From Candidatus Tethybacter castellensis (GTDB lineage Bacteria > Pseudomonadota > Gammaproteobacteria > Tethybacterales > Tethybacteraceae), in the NCBI GenBank assembly GCA_036679665.1, contig JAZHEJ010000040.1, positions 1 to 59,571 on the forward strand: a stretch of DNA of 59,571 nucleotides. The letters are read 5' to 3'. Position numbers and translations under genes: made by a program. This document shows positions 1-9,973 of the stretch, one piece after another. The stretch's first letter is position 1; every line of letters starts with the position of its first letter. The notes beneath the pieces are model-generated. The model did no database searches, was not told the DNA's origin, and worked only from the letters and a program-made list of their open reading frames with translations.

Positions 1-1
1 T

Positions 2-88
2 GGCGACGCCGCCGCCGACTGCAACAGCTGCAAAACAACTCCCAGCACCACTCAGCCCTTGCAAAGAATGGTGAAACCGTCTTCATGA
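2..88 (+). CDS. narJ: 3' end of the upstream nar gene, probably nitrate reductase molybdenum cofactor assembly chaperone (partial)
   Basis: Open frame from nt 2 (GDAAADCNSCKTTPSTTQPLQRMVKPSS) ends in TGA 86-88 overlapping the narI ATG (ATGA coupling). Identity is inferred from narGHJI order only. Confidence 0.5.
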   Translation, partial: GDAAADCNSCKTTPSTTQPLQRMVKPSS

Positions 89-780
89 CAACCGAATTTC
101 TTAACCAATTTTTCTTCGGCTATTTTCCGTATATCTGCCTGACTGTTTTTGTGGTAGGTAGCATACTGCGCTACGATCGCGACCAATATACTTGGAAAGC
201 CGACTCTAGCCAGTTGCTACGCAAAAAAGGCATGGTGATTGGAAACAATTTGTTTCATATCGGAATTATCTTGCTGTTTTTCGGGCATCTTGTCGGTTTA
301 CTTACTCCCCACAGTTTCTATCATCACTTCATGAGCCCTGGTGCAAAACAACTTATGGCGATAATTTTTGGTGGTATTTTCGGAATAATATGTTTTGTCG
401 GTTTAACTATGCTGATCTGGCGACGCATATTCGATGAACGCATCCGTGCCACTAGCAGAGTATCAGACTATCTGGTTTTGCTAGTGCTTTATGTTCAGTT
501 GATCTTAGGAATGATAACCATACCCTACTCCGCCCAGCATTTAGATGGTAGTACGATGATCGCATTGGCCAATTGGGCTCAATATATATTAACCTTCCGG
601 TCTGGCGCCGCCGAATTTGTGGCGCCTCAGGCACTGGTCTTCAAGCTACATCTGGTGCTTGGATTGACAATATTTTTATTGTTTCCTTTTACGCGGCTGG
701 TACATGTTTTCAGCGGAATTTCCGCTCCCATAAAATACCTCGCCCGCTCCGGATATCAGATCGTACGTAAGCGCGGCTAA
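85..780 (+). CDS. narI: Respiratory nitrate reductase gamma subunit (cytochrome b)
   Basis: FFGYFPYICL...RYDRDQYTWKADSSQLL, heme-ligand histidines (LFHIGI..FFGH; KLHLVLG..FPFTRLVH), C-terminal YQIVRKR. Confidence 0.97.
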   Translation: MTTEFLNQFFFGYFPYICLTVFVVGSILRYDRDQYTWKADSSQLLRKKGMVIGNNLFHIGIILLFFGHLVGLLTPHSFYHHFMSPGAKQLMAIIFGGIFGIICFVGLTMLIWRRIFDERIRATSRVSDYLVLLVLYVQLILGMITIPYSAQHLDGSTMIALANWAQYILTFRSGAAEFVAPQALVFKLHLVLGLTIFLLFPFTRLVHVFSGISAPIKYLARSGYQIVRKRG

Positions 781-792
781 ACTAGCTTTATC

Positions 793-1263
793 ATGTCGAT
801 CTTTGTCAACGGTACCGAAATTACCGAGCATGAGGTCAATGAAGAAATACAGTATCATCCAGCCGATTCCGTCGCTTCTGCGCGACACCAGGCTGCGCAA
901 GCTTTAGTAATTCGCCAACTGTTGCTTCAAGAAGCCCAAAAAAAGAACTTGCTCGACGAACCGTTGCCGTGCTCGCCGGAAAAAGCAGCTGAAGTGCTTG
1001 ACGTACTGTTGCAACAGGAAATAACCGTACCTGAAGCGGATAAAAAAAGCTGTTTGCGTTACTACGAACAAAACAAAGAGCGTTTCATCGATAAAAAAAC
1101 AGGCAAGCTATTGCCGCCTGACAGCGTTATCGAACATATCCGCGATTATCTGCACGCCCGCTCTTTAAAAACCGGTATCAGCCAGTATATTAAGGTTCTG
1201 TCCGGGCAAGCAAAAATCGTTGGCTTCGAACTAGAAGGAACCGACAGCCCGCTAGTGCAATAA
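793..1263 (+). CDS. nar-associated NifM/PPIase-family protein lacking the central rotamase domain
   Basis: N-terminus (VNG..I....I..E.QYHPA....A...AA.ALV.R.LLLQ.A) and C-terminus (I..YL......QY...L...A.I.G..LEG..SPLVQ) match the PPIase homolog that follows narI in many Proteobacteria. Only 156 aa. Confidence 0.75.
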   Translation: MSIFVNGTEITEHEVNEEIQYHPADSVASARHQAAQALVIRQLLLQEAQKKNLLDEPLPCSPEKAAEVLDVLLQQEITVPEADKKSCLRYYEQNKERFIDKKTGKLLPPDSVIEHIRDYLHARSLKTGISQYIKVLSGQAKIVGFELEGTDSPLVQ

Positions 1264-1295
1264 ACATTATTACGCAAGCATCTTTGGCATAGCCG

Positions 1296-2621
1296 TCAAG
1301 TGTCAATTATCGACGGTAACCATAATATTAATACCGGAAACGCAATCAGCAGTCCAATCCGGATGATTTCGGCAATCAAAAAAGGCGTCACCCCTGCATA
1401 AATTTTCTTTACGTCAACATTTTTGGCCATTGCCGCAATCACAAACACATTAAGTCCGATCGGTGGCGTGATTAGCCCTATTTCGACAACGATAAGCGCC
1501 AAAATTCCAAACCAGACTTTCACGTCATCAATAGGCATACCAAAATCCAAACTGGCGATGACTGGCCAGATAAATGGTACCGCGAGCAACAAAATGGAAA
1601 GTGAATCCATTATGCAACCTAGCAAAATCAGCACTAACAAAAAGATAATTAGAATTGTCAGTGGTTCAAATCCCGAGCCGAGCATTTGGGCAGATAAAGC
1701 CTGCGGCACCCCTCCTCTAACCATAAAAATCTTCAACATTTCCGCACCTAGCAAGATAAGGTAAATCATCCCCGTGCTTCGTGCGGTGCTCAAAAGAGCA
1801 AGCTTGAACTTTGCAAGATTTAACTGCCCTGCCGCTAGTCCGTAAACCGCCACCATAAAAACGCCGACAGCAGCTGCCGGAGTAGGATTGAATACGCCAA
1901 AATATAGCCCCCCTATCACCGTGGTGAAAATCACCACAACCGGTATTATTCCCAAGGTCGCGCCTAACAAATCTTCTTCTTTCGTATGTTTATGAACCGG
2001 CGCAGTCTCAGGGTAGATGCGCACAAAAATGGTTATGGCAACCAAAAAAAACAACAACGCCATAATCCCCGGAATTAATGCGGCCTTAAACATGGTGACC
2101 ACGTTTATTCCTACCAAAACCGAGTAAATAACCAGAACGATTGAAGGAGGTATTAAAATCCCTAGCAAACCGCCGGCAGCCAACGTACCGGTCGCGAGCG
2201 TGTCAGCATAGCGGTAGTGTTTAAGCTCCGGCAACGCCACCCTGCCCATCGTGGAGGTAGTGGCCAATGACGAGCCGCAGATCGAACCAAATCCTGCGCA
2301 AGCAAAAATTACCGACATCGCGATGCCGCCACGCAAATGCCCGAGCCATGCATGAGCGGCACGAAATAATCGCGTCGACAAACCGCATAAACCAGCCAGA
2401 TTCCCCATATACACAAACATTGGGAACAGGGTCAAATCAAATATCGAAAACTGTAAATACGCAAGATCTTTTAGCTGCGAAGCAATGACATTGAACCCAT
2501 CAAGAAAGACAACTCCTATCCCGCCAACCAACATCATCGCGTACGCGATGGGAATTCGTATCGCGATAAGTGCCGCTAGGAACCCCAAACCGATAAGGCA
2601 AACAAATAGCTCGAATGTCAC
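1296..2621 (-). CDS. dctM: TRAP transporter large permease (DctM family)
   Basis: Polytopic; FGSICGSSLAT, GLLGILIPPS, EIGLITPPIGLNVFV motifs. Confidence 0.93.
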   Translation of the reverse strand: MTFELFVCLIGLGFLAALIAIRIPIAYAMMLVGGIGVVFLDGFNVIASQLKDLAYLQFSIFDLTLFPMFVYMGNLAGLCGLSTRLFRAAHAWLGHLRGGIAMSVIFACAGFGSICGSSLATTSTMGRVALPELKHYRYADTLATGTLAAGGLLGILIPPSIVLVIYSVLVGINVVTMFKAALIPGIMALLFFLVAITIFVRIYPETAPVHKHTKEEDLLGATLGIIPVVVIFTTVIGGLYFGVFNPTPAAAVGVFMVAVYGLAAGQLNLAKFKLALLSTARSTGMIYLILLGAEMLKIFMVRGGVPQALSAQMLGSGFEPLTILIIFLLVLILLGCIMDSLSILLLAVPFIWPVIASLDFGMPIDDVKVWFGILALIVVEIGLITPPIGLNVFVIAAMAKNVDVKKIYAGVTPFLIAEIIRIGLLIAFPVLILWLPSIIDT

Positions 2622-2624
2622 CTG

Positions 2625-3155
2625 CTAACTGACTGTGGTTGTTTGAGCTTTCGGCTGATGTTTTTCAGGATATATCAACGTGACCAGACTAGCTAGCATA
2701 AGCAGCACAATCGACACTATAATCGGCACAAATACATACCAGATCGGTATTTCCATAACCGCGGAAGTTTCAAGAAATTCGCGGTAATCAAGCAAACCTT
2801 GTGACATACGCCAAAGTAATACCATACTAAATATCAGAGCAATCAATGAATTGATGCGTGAAAAAAAAGCCAACATCCGGTGGCTAGCATAGAAGGTGAA
2901 AAAAGATACGCTAATATTGCTGAACGTAATCTGACAATAAGGTAAAAAGGCGAACGCGGCAAGCGCGATTCCCATTTTGGTCAGCTCGACGTCGCCGGGG
3001 AATGGCTTGGCGAATAAAAATCCGGCAAGCGCGCTGTAGGTATTGAGTAACACCACAACTGAAAGCACGACTCCACCACAGTACGTCCAACCGACCACCG
3101 CTTTGTTAATGAGCTCAACTGTACTGAACCTTACCTTTGGCGAAAAAATTATCAT
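2625..3155 (-). CDS. dctQ: TRAP transporter small permease (DctQ family)
   Basis: Four hydrophobic segments, PFPGDVEL..AFAFLPYCQ, located between dctP and dctM. Confidence 0.88.
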   Translation of the reverse strand: MIIFSPKVRFSTVELINKAVVGWTYCGGVVLSVVVLLNTYSALAGFLFAKPFPGDVELTKMGIALAAFAFLPYCQITFSNISVSFFTFYASHRMLAFFSRINSLIALIFSMVLLWRMSQGLLDYREFLETSAVMEIPIWYVFVPIIVSIVLLMLASLVTLIYPEKHQPKAQTTTVS

Positions 3156-3240
3156 CGCACCAAAATATGTACTTGTCCGCTACTGCAAACTAAACTGAAT
3201 ACAAACAAATTTGGCGGCGACCAACCAGCCCAACGCAAAA

Positions 3241-4272
3241 TCAGTTAGTGTGCTTTTGTACTGCCGTGCGAGCTTTTCGAGCCAGCTCTTCACCATCCAC
3301 ACCTTTTTCGTTTACATCGGCTATCCAGCGCTCAATCACCGGTTCTAGCGCTATTTGAAACGTATCTGTTTCTTGTTCAGTCAGAACTGTGTGAACATTA
3401 CCGGCGGCGGTGGCCACCACGATCCCTTCGGCATCACTTTGTGCCCATACTTCTCCTACGTGGCGTAACCATTCTTCACCGGATTGATCTATAAAGACCT
3501 GCTGTATATCAGTCGGCAGGCTATTCCAAGTCGCAAGATTCATCGATAGCTGAAAAACCGTGGTACCAAACCTGGTCTGGTTGTGACCTTCAATCTGATA
3601 TTCGGTTAGATCTTGTAACTGGAGCGTTGGAATAATCTCAAAAGGAATCAAAGCACCGTCCACTACCTTTTTTGAAAGAGCTTGGGGCAAATCTGGAACC
3701 GGCATCGCCGTTGGCGCAGCTCCCAACGCTTCAATCACCCATGCCCCGGTTCGAGTGGGAATTCGCAATTTAGTCCCGCGCAGATCTTCAGGCTTGTGTA
3801 CCGGGAGATCTACAGTTTGAATTGCCTGGCCTTGGTGTACGTGTATGTACAAATTTTTTATCTGACGATAATCCTCCGCAAGATATTCTGCAAACAACTC
3901 GCGCATAGCAAGGTTGGTTGCGACCGGATCATTGGTGTGGATAAAAGGCAATTCAAAAACTTCGGTGCGAATAAACAAGCCCGGAGTGTATCCATTGGCA
4001 GTCCAGATTAGATCTACCACGCCGTCGCGAACCTGTGTGACCAACTGTGACGGCCTTCCTCCCAAGGTCATACTCGGAAAAATTTCGATGGCCACCCTAT
4101 TGTCTGTCGCTTGTTCGATCCTTGAGACCCACGGTACCAAAATGTGAGTGTGAGCAGGAGCGGTGGGTCCAAGAAAATGGTGTAGCTTCAAATTGATTTC
4201 AGCTGCGGTACCGCTAACGGAGGCAGACAGGCCAAGGGTCAATAACAGCGATAAAAATATCCTCAGCAACAT
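3241..4272 (-). CDS. dctP: TRAP transporter substrate-binding protein (DctP family)
   Basis: Signal peptide; LKLHHFL, DGVVD, PGLF..TEVFELPF, DLRGTKLR motifs. Substrate unknown. Confidence 0.92.
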   Translation of the reverse strand: MLLRIFLSLLLTLGLSASVSGTAAEINLKLHHFLGPTAPAHTHILVPWVSRIEQATDNRVAIEIFPSMTLGGRPSQLVTQVRDGVVDLIWTANGYTPGLFIRTEVFELPFIHTNDPVATNLAMRELFAEYLAEDYRQIKNLYIHVHQGQAIQTVDLPVHKPEDLRGTKLRIPTRTGAWVIEALGAAPTAMPVPDLPQALSKKVVDGALIPFEIIPTLQLQDLTEYQIEGHNQTRFGTTVFQLSMNLATWNSLPTDIQQVFIDQSGEEWLRHVGEVWAQSDAEGIVVATAAGNVHTVLTEQETDTFQIALEPVIERWIADVNEKGVDGEELARKARTAVQKHTN

Positions 4273-4449
4273 TTATTCGATAAGATAACTAAACACCAGA
4301 AAGTAACTCAATATTAGTCATCTTTTTATCAAAACAATTGTAGCCCAAACATAATAAACAATAGCTAAATTTAACCACACATAATGAAATAAATTAAACC
4401 ATATTTTCTGATGTAGAATACAAAAAACTATAAAAAGAGGAGGAGTAAA

Positions 4450-5790
4450 ATGGTAAATAATAAAAATATAGCAGGCGGTTTGTTATTGGCGCTGAGTTTC
4501 GGTTCTAGTTCGGTTTTGGCGCAGGATTTGTCAGCGGGGTGCGATAACAGTTTAAATCTAGGCAATTTTGCCGGCGAAATCATTTCCGTCGCCGGCCCTT
4601 GGGAAGGCCAAGATGAGATTTTGCTAGCTTCGGTTCTAGAATGTTTTGAGAAATCTACCGGAGCTACGGTCAATTATTCAGGTTCTGGTGAATTTGAACA
4701 ACTAATAGTCACCGACATACGCTCAGGTTCAGCACCTAACATTGCCGTGTTTCCGCAACCGGGACTTGCTGCTGATCTAGCGGCAGAAGGAGGATTAATT
4801 CCTTTGGACCCTTCAGTCGGAAATTGGATGCGCGACAACTACGGCGCCGGTCAATCTTGGGTTGATCTCGGCACGTATGCAGACCAAAACGGCAATAAGA
4901 ATTTTTATGCGTTCGCATACAAAGTTGATGTCAAATCGTTAGTTTGGTACAAGCCCGAAGTATTTGAAGATGCCGGTTATACCATCCCCGATACGATGGA
5001 AGAACTAATTCAGCTGTCAGACCAAATTGTGGCCGATGGTGGTACGCCGTGGTGTATCGGAATTGAATCAGGGGGTGCCACGGGCTGGTCCGCGACTGAC
5101 TGGATGGAAGACATAATGCTTCGTACTCACCCGCCGGAAGTCTATGACCGATGGGTCAGCAATGAACTGCCGTTCAACAGTGCTGAAGTCAAACAAGCGA
5201 TGGATATTTTCGGTTCATTTGCGAAAAATGATGAATATGTCGCCGGCGGATCAAACTCGGTTGCATCAACCTTTTTCGGCGATAGCCCCAAAGGGTTGTT
5301 TACAACTCCCCCTGCATGTTACATGCACCGCCAAGCCTCGTTTATTCCTGCATTTTTTCCTAACAAAGGTGCCGAACTAGACACAGGCGAAGCTGATTTT
5401 TTCTATTTTCCGCCTTTTGCCGCAAATGTCAGCCTAGGCAATCCAGTGCTTGGAGCCGGTACTTTGTGGGCGATAACCAAAGATTCAGAAGCAACCCGCG
5501 CGTTTTTCGAGTTTCTTCAATTACCGCTAGCGCATGAAATATGGATGCAGCAATCAGGTTTTTTAACTCCACACCTTGGCGTTAACCCTAATTCCTACGC
5601 AAATGATACGCTTCGTAAGCAAGGCGAAATTCTTGCTAACGCCGATACGTTCCGTTTCGACGCTTCCGATTTGATGCCAGGTGCAATTGGAGCTGGTGCG
5701 TTTTGGGTAGAAATGACCGCGTTTACCCAAGGCCAAGACACAGCAACCACGGCCGACAATATTCAAGAAGCTTGGGACAAAATCAAGTAA
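4450..5790 (+). CDS. aglE: Alpha-glucoside ABC transporter substrate-binding protein
   Basis: Signal peptide with good RBS (GAGGAGG); PQPGL, KSLVWY, PWCIGIESGGATGW..TDW.EDIMLR, FRFDASDLMP motifs typical of AglE. Confidence 0.9.
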   Translation: MVNNKNIAGGLLLALSFGSSSVLAQDLSAGCDNSLNLGNFAGEIISVAGPWEGQDEILLASVLECFEKSTGATVNYSGSGEFEQLIVTDIRSGSAPNIAVFPQPGLAADLAAEGGLIPLDPSVGNWMRDNYGAGQSWVDLGTYADQNGNKNFYAFAYKVDVKSLVWYKPEVFEDAGYTIPDTMEELIQLSDQIVADGGTPWCIGIESGGATGWSATDWMEDIMLRTHPPEVYDRWVSNELPFNSAEVKQAMDIFGSFAKNDEYVAGGSNSVASTFFGDSPKGLFTTPPACYMHRQASFIPAFFPNKGAELDTGEADFFYFPPFAANVSLGNPVLGAGTLWAITKDSEATRAFFEFLQLPLAHEIWMQQSGFLTPHLGVNPNSYANDTLRKQGEILANADTFRFDASDLMPGAIGAGAFWVEMTAFTQGQDTATTADNIQEAWDKIK

Positions 5791-5919
5791 TTGTAGTTGT
5801 CTCAAACATTTGCTTTTGGGAAATGTTGTCATACTAATAACAAACATAATTCAGCAAGATATCTTTGAGATATAGCTAGTATTGTGACTGATTTTATTGG
5901 TTTCTAGCGATATTTTGTT

Positions 5920-7122
5920 ATGGCAAATTTAGTTGTATCTCGCGGTTCCGGTATCGGACAGCTAGCGATCAACTTTGTGGTGGTGGTAATCTTACTGCCG
6001 CTTTTTGCCGTTGTTTCATTTGCGTTGACTTCCTACATTAGTGATGGGTTGATCGCTGTTTTACCTTTTAATGAAGTTGCCACCGGCAAGCTATTGTTTG
6101 CGGTGCGCGCAGTCTTAATCGCGCTTGCGACCAGTTTTTTATATTTTTTCCTTTCCGATTTTTTTAATCGACAATTGTGCGGTGCTTCGAGTATCGGTTT
6201 ACAGTTGCAAGAAAAAAATCAGCCCTGGCTATTTGTGGGGCCTGCCCTGATACTAATATTGCTATTTTTGGTTTTCCCTGCTCTGCAAACACTATGGTTA
6301 AGCTTTGTCAATGACATTCCCGTTTTAGATGAAGGTGGAGAAGCCATACTAAACGATGCCGGCCAGACGGTAACGGAACGAGGTTTCGTTTGGTTTGCAA
6401 ATTATATTCACCTTATTACCAGTGAAGATTTTTGGTTCGCAATGCGCAATTCGGTACTTTGGTTAATGGTGGTACCAACTACCTGTATCACCATGGGTAT
6501 GATCATCGCCGTCGTGAGTGATCGCCTGAGTTGGGGAACAGTAGCCAAGTCATTGATTTTCGTTCCGCTGGCGATTTCTTTTGTTGGCGCCGCAGTTATT
6601 TGGCGCAATATCTATGCTGGTGGCGGTACAGAAACGTATGAGGTCGGAATGCTAAACGCATTGCTTACACCATTGGGGGTGAAAGCGCAATTTTGGTATG
6701 AGGTCAATTTTTGGGGGAATTTTTTCATGATGTTTATCATGATCTGGATTCAAACCGGCTTTGCGATGGTTTTGTTTAGCGCAGCATTGCGTGGCGTGTC
6801 AGAAGAAACTATCGAAGCGGCTCGAATTGATGGTGCTAACGAATTCCAAATTTTCTTTCGAGTGACTTTGCCACAAGTCTACGGTACGATTATCGTCGTC
6901 TGGACCACCTTGCTGATCTTGGTGTTGAAAGTGTTTGATATCCCTTACGCTCTAACCGCCAATAAACCCGACAAATTACTACTTGCCACCTTGATGGAGC
7001 AAACACGCACCGCCCAACGCGAAGATGAGATCGCCGCAGCCGTCGCAATCATTCTAATGTTGACGATCATCCCAATCATGCTGTTTAATGTGTGGCGTTT
7101 TCGCCGTGAATCACAATCATGA
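5920..7122 (+). CDS. aglF: Alpha-glucoside ABC transporter permease
   Basis: PWLFVGPA, WIQTGFAMV.FSAALRGV.EETIEAARIDGA (EAA loop). Confidence 0.88.
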   Translation: MANLVVSRGSGIGQLAINFVVVVILLPLFAVVSFALTSYISDGLIAVLPFNEVATGKLLFAVRAVLIALATSFLYFFLSDFFNRQLCGASSIGLQLQEKNQPWLFVGPALILILLFLVFPALQTLWLSFVNDIPVLDEGGEAILNDAGQTVTERGFVWFANYIHLITSEDFWFAMRNSVLWLMVVPTTCITMGMIIAVVSDRLSWGTVAKSLIFVPLAISFVGAAVIWRNIYAGGGTETYEVGMLNALLTPLGVKAQFWYEVNFWGNFFMMFIMIWIQTGFAMVLFSAALRGVSEETIEAARIDGANEFQIFFRVTLPQVYGTIIVVWTTLLILVLKVFDIPYALTANKPDKLLLATLMEQTRTAQREDEIAAAVAIILMLTIIPIMLFNVWRFRRESQS

Positions 7123-8336
7123 TCGGACGTACCTTGCTAAATGTTACTTTGGCATTGATTGTCATATTTTGGGTGATTCCTTTTGTTGGATTGTTAATTA
7201 CCAGTTTGCGTGATACTAAGCATGCGAATGAGACTGGATTTTGGCGCGGTCTAACTACCAATGAAATCGGTTACAGCTTAAAAACGCAAGGGCAAGAAGG
7301 CGTTGTCGAACAGGATGGTAAATATGTGATCAGTGGTAACCTTTTTGACATTCGCAACGAATATGACCGCCAACTAAGTATCGAAAATCAAGATGCTGAA
7401 CCATTCGAAGTCGAAGGCAAAATTTTGTCATTCGGTGCCAGCGCATCCAATCCCACTCAAGCCCAAATCGGCGAATCTATTACCGTTCGCGAAGGTACGC
7501 TCACTGTTGAGGAAAACGGTGACTATAGATGGATATTTGACGAACCATACACAAAAAACGCTAAAACTATAGGGGTAATAATCGACCATCCGCCTACCAT
7601 CGGGTTACGCAATTATTTTCGCGCCTTCAGCGACAGCAAAATATTTGACGCGATTATCAATTCGTTTATCGTAACTATACCCGCAACAATTGTACCTATT
7701 ACCATCGCCGCATTTGCCGCATATGCGTTTTCTTGGATGTCATTTCCGTTCCGGAACATTATTTTTGCGACGGTAGTAGCACTGTTGATTGTGCCATTGC
7801 AACTGGCGTTTATCCCGGTTTTGTCAATGTATGCAAATATAGCCAGTTGGGCCTCAGCTCTCAATGAATGGCTAGGCAACTGTCAAGGTACACAATGTGA
7901 AGTTAATGCCAAAACATTCTCCGGATTATGGATTGCCCATACTGCTTTTGGTTTGCCATTAGCAATCTACATATTGCGCAACTATATCATGGGACTGCCC
8001 AAAGAATTGCTCGAAAGCGCGCGTGTCGACGGTGCCAGTCACTTGGAAATATTTGTCAAACTGGTTGCGCCATTATCTTTACCCGCTTTAGCCTCGTTTG
8101 CGATATTTCAATTCCTTTGGGTCTGGAACGATTTGTTAGTCGCGCTGATATTGGGGCCTTCGGATGATCTGGTTTTACCGATCATCATACAAAAGCAGAT
8201 TGGAACATTTAAAAGCGAATTAGAACGTCTGAACGCGAACGCGTTTATTTCGATGATAGTTCCGCTGATCGTATTTTTATCATTGCAAAAATATTTTGTT
8301 CGTGGACTACTTACCGGTTCAGTCAAAGGTGGCTGA
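7119..8336 (+). CDS. aglG: Alpha-glucoside ABC transporter permease
   Basis: AHTAFGLPLAIYILRNY, ESARVDGA, FQFLWVWND; large periplasmic loop as in AglG. Confidence 0.88.
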   Translation: MIGRTLLNVTLALIVIFWVIPFVGLLITSLRDTKHANETGFWRGLTTNEIGYSLKTQGQEGVVEQDGKYVISGNLFDIRNEYDRQLSIENQDAEPFEVEGKILSFGASASNPTQAQIGESITVREGTLTVEENGDYRWIFDEPYTKNAKTIGVIIDHPPTIGLRNYFRAFSDSKIFDAIINSFIVTIPATIVPITIAAFAAYAFSWMSFPFRNIIFATVVALLIVPLQLAFIPVLSMYANIASWASALNEWLGNCQGTQCEVNAKTFSGLWIAHTAFGLPLAIYILRNYIMGLPKELLESARVDGASHLEIFVKLVAPLSLPALASFAIFQFLWVWNDLLVALILGPSDDLVLPIIIQKQIGTFKSELERLNANAFISMIVPLIVFLSLQKYFVRGLLTGSVKGG

Positions 8337-9972
8337 GGTTATTCAACAAAATGAGGAGTGGTGGCGTGGCGGTGTCATCTACCAAATCTACCCTCGTTCT
8401 TTTCAAGACAGCAACAATGATGGTTGCGGCGATTTGACAGGCATTACCCAACGACTGGATTATGTCGCTCAGCTTGGCATTGATGCGATCTGGATTTCAC
8501 CGTTTTTTCCTTCTCCGATGGATGATTTTGGCTACGATATCACCGACTACAAAAATGTGGATGGCTTGTTCGGTACGCTGGAGGATTTCGACGCATTAAT
8601 AGCCAAAGCACACAAACTTAACATCAAAGTCATTATTGATTTGGTTATTTCTCACACTTCAAAATCACATCCTTGGTTTGTTGAAAGTAGTAGTAGCGAT
8701 GATAACCCCAAGCGGAACTGGTACGTATGGGCGGATGCGAAGCCAGACGGTAGTGCTCCGAACAATTGGCTATCAGTATTCGGTGGCAATGCTTGGCAAT
8801 GGCACTCGAGCCGTTGTCAGTATTATTTACACAATTTTTTAACCTCTCAGCCAGATTTGAATTTTCATGAACCAGAAGTGCAGACCGCACTTCTTGACGT
8901 AGTACGTTTTTGGTTAGATCAAGGGGTTGACGGATTTCGCCTGGACACGGTAAATTTTTATTTTCATGATCAACAATTACGTGACAATCCGGTACAAAAG
9001 CGGGAAATTCATGACTCCGAAATTGTACCTTCGGTTAATCCGTACAGTTTTCAAAAACATATTTACGATCGTAATCGCCCTGAAGTTATTTCTTTTTTGG
9101 AAAAATTTCGCAGCTTGGTTAACGAGTATCCTGCGCGTGCAATTCTTGGCGAAATTGGCGATGCAATAAACGGGCTAGAGTTGGTTGGATCCTATACCAA
9201 ACAAGATGCACGCATACATATGTGTTATTCGTTTGAACTGCTGTCCCCCGCACCGTTGCTACCGGCAAAAGTCAATAGGCTGATTCGACGTGTCGACGAA
9301 TTAGTACAAGATGGCTGGATATGTTGGGCATTATCAAACCATGATGTATCAAGGCATATTACCCGATTCGCACTTAACCAAAAAGAATCTATTCCACAGG
9401 GTAAAATGTTGATTGCAATGTTGCTAGCACTACGCGGCACTATCTGCATTTATCAAGGTGAAGAATTAGGCCTTTCTGAAGCTGATGTTGCATTTGAAGA
9501 TTTGCAAGACCCCTATGGAATCGAATTTTGGCCAAAATTTAAAGGACGGGACGGATGTCGCACTCCGATGCCTTGGCAAAGCGATGTTGAAAACTGTGGT
9601 TTTTCAAGTTCAAAACCATGGTTGCCGCTAGATAACCGTCACAATGAACTGGCAGTCAACATCCAACAGTCACAGTCTGACAGTATGCTTGCGCATTATC
9701 GAAAATTACTTGGTTTACGTAGTAGCGAAGAGGTATTACGTACCGGCGATATAGAACTGGTTAGAACCGATAATGATGCGACCTTATGTTTTAGACGTAC
9801 AAGCAAGCAACGGCGTATTCAGTGCTATTTCAATTTCAGTGATCAAGATATTACCATTGCCAAGACTGAGCAGGATCTTGCATTGATATGCGAAAGCGAT
9901 CCGCCAGTGTCCTTGACTAAGGAACAGATCAGCTTACCGCCCTACGGTTTTTGTTGGGCAGCCATTAAATAA
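8329..9972 (+). CDS. aglA: Alpha-glucosidase, GH13
   Basis: WWRGGVIYQIYPRSFQD, GVDGFRLD nucleophile, GE acid/base, SNHD. Start moved to GTG 8329, overlapping the aglG stop. Confidence 0.93.
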   Translation: MAEVIQQNEEWWRGGVIYQIYPRSFQDSNNDGCGDLTGITQRLDYVAQLGIDAIWISPFFPSPMDDFGYDITDYKNVDGLFGTLEDFDALIAKAHKLNIKVIIDLVISHTSKSHPWFVESSSSDDNPKRNWYVWADAKPDGSAPNNWLSVFGGNAWQWHSSRCQYYLHNFLTSQPDLNFHEPEVQTALLDVVRFWLDQGVDGFRLDTVNFYFHDQQLRDNPVQKREIHDSEIVPSVNPYSFQKHIYDRNRPEVISFLEKFRSLVNEYPARAILGEIGDAINGLELVGSYTKQDARIHMCYSFELLSPAPLLPAKVNRLIRRVDELVQDGWICWALSNHDVSRHITRFALNQKESIPQGKMLIAMLLALRGTICIYQGEELGLSEADVAFEDLQDPYGIEFWPKFKGRDGCRTPMPWQSDVENCGFSSSKPWLPLDNRHNELAVNIQQSQSDSMLAHYRKLLGLRSSEEVLRTGDIELVRTDNDATLCFRRTSKQRRIQCYFNFSDQDITIAKTEQDLALICESDPPVSLTKEQISLPPYGFCWAAIK

Positions 9973-9973
9973 C

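Noticed and set aside
5803-5880. Small hairpins after aglE (AACATTT..AAATGTT; ATATCT..AGATAT)
   Set aside because: Short AT-rich stems; at most ordinary intercistronic stabilisers behind a binding-protein gene.
7260-7600. Large periplasmic loop in aglG as a novel insertion
   Set aside because: AglG-type permeases are known to be long with such a loop.
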